64,000 nt of DNA, from the NCBI GenBank assembly GCA_963772835.1, contig CAVYYZ010000002.1:1-64000 (forward strand), read 5' to 3'. The position numbers were made by a program, and so were the translations under genes. Source of the stretch: an uncultured delta proteobacterium (GTDB taxonomy: Bacteria > Desulfobacterota > Desulfuromonadia > Geobacterales > Pseudopelobacteraceae). Shown here one piece after another: positions 63,098 to 64,000 of this stretch. The first letter of the stretch is position 1, and each line of letters starts with the position of its first letter. The notes below the pieces were generated by a model. That model had not been told where the DNA came from. It saw only the letters and a list, made by a program, of their open reading frames with translations, and ran no database searches.

Positions 63098-64000
63098 TTA
63101 TCGTGCTACAGCGATTGCATCAAATTTACAGAGCTGCGAGCAGACGCCACAGCCGTCGCAGATGTTGGGATCAATCTGAACTTTCTGCTTTTCCCCGTCA
63201 ACCGCCGGTTTCAGGCCCAGCGCTACACACGCGGCCTTCAGACAGGCACGGCAGCCTGTGCATTTTTCGGTGTCGACGGTGAGTACCGGGCTTTTGATCC
63301 GGTAGCGGAGGATGCAGGGATTTTTGTCGACCAGAACGTAGGGGCCGGGAGTTCCAAGACCCTTTTTGATGGCGGCTTCGGTCTCGGCAAGGTTGTACGC
63401 ATTCAGCTCTGCAACATTCTCGATACCCAGCACCTTCACCAGAGCCACGATATCGACCTGCTGGCTTGGCTGTCCCTGAAGATCACGACCCGACCCGGGG
63501 TTCTCCTGACCACCGGTCATGCCGGTGGTGCGGTTGTCCATAATAATAACCAGCGCATTCCCTTTGTTATAGGCCAGACTCAGCAGCCCGGTCATCCCCG
63601 AGTGAAAGAAGGTCGAATCGCCGATGACCGCCACCGGTTTTTCCGTTCTTCCGGCAATCTCATTGACCTTGGCCATGCCATGTGCAGCGCTGATACTTGC
63701 TCCCATACAGATAGTTGTATGCATGGCGCTCATCGGCGGGAGGGCCCCCAGAGTATAACAGCCGATGTCACCCGAGACAAATACCTTGAGCTTGCTCAGG
63801 ATCGTAAAGAGTCCGCGATGGGCACAACCTGGACAGAAAATTGGAGGACGCTGCGGAAGGGTCGCTATGGCAGCCGTTCCAGGAACGGGTGGGTCACCGG
63901 CAGCCGCTCTGATGATGTCGGCATTAACTTCGCCGCAGAGCGGTATTTTATTTTTGCCGATATCGACCCTGACACCCATGGCCCGGATCTGTTCTTCGAA
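63098..64000 (-). CDS. iorA: Indolepyruvate:ferredoxin oxidoreductase alpha subunit (5' part outside the window)
   Basis: RPPIFCPGCAHR, GDIGCYTL, IGDSTFFHSG, MTGGQ and a C-terminal ferredoxin. Confidence 0.93.
   Translation of the reverse strand, partial: FEEQIRAMGVRVDIGKNKIPLCGEVNADIIRAAAGDPPVPGTAAIATLPQRPPIFCPGCAHRGLFTILSKLKVFVSGDIGCYTLGALPPMSAMHTTICMGASISAAHGMAKVNEIAGRTEKPVAVIGDSTFFHSGMTGLLSLAYNKGNALVIIMDNRTTGMTGGQENPGSGRDLQGQPSQQVDIVALVKVLGIENVAELNAYNLAETEAAIKKGLGTPGPYVLVDKNPCILRYRIKSPVLTVDTEKCTGCRACLKAACVALGLKPAVDGEKQKVQIDPNICDGCGVCSQLCKFDAIAVAR

Overview
Bacterial chromosomal window whose gene content and order look like a Geobacteraceae/Desulfuromonadia member (inference from protein families; no marker gene present). 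It has three parts. (1) About 1-19 kb is a visibly AT-richer accessory patchwork. It holds a frameshifted AlbA/HATPase regulator, IHF, MaoC, a reversed-order HipA-HTH module with twin operators, three hybrid sensor kinases plus a kinase remnant, a diguanylate cyclase, several small ORFs and multiple IS-end-like scars. (2) About 19-29.6 kb is mixed: TSCPD protein, DMT transporter, a secreted Cys-His papain/CHAP-fold protein, hemolysin III, ybbA/ybbP/tesA-like genes and selD-yedF-selU. (3) About 30-64 kb is a ~34 kb supercluster for branched-chain amino acid and short acyl-CoA metabolism. It runs DUF6125-icmF-nitroreductase-M24 peptidase, thiolase-hbd-crt-acyl-CoA dehydrogenase, membrane ETF oxidoreductase-etfBA, CoA transferases, vor, tRNA-Gln and liv ABC, converging on ior-PanE-like x3/ACT x2-AOR(MoaD fusion). 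Best leads: a repeated IS256-end-like motif just 3' of all three minus-strand hybrid-kinase C-termini; the PanE/ACT/AOR-MoaD module; two shared promoter/operator motifs that appear to tie the catabolic cluster together; and a Cys-type selD with a possible relic SECIS. Three of the frameshifts may be assembly errors.
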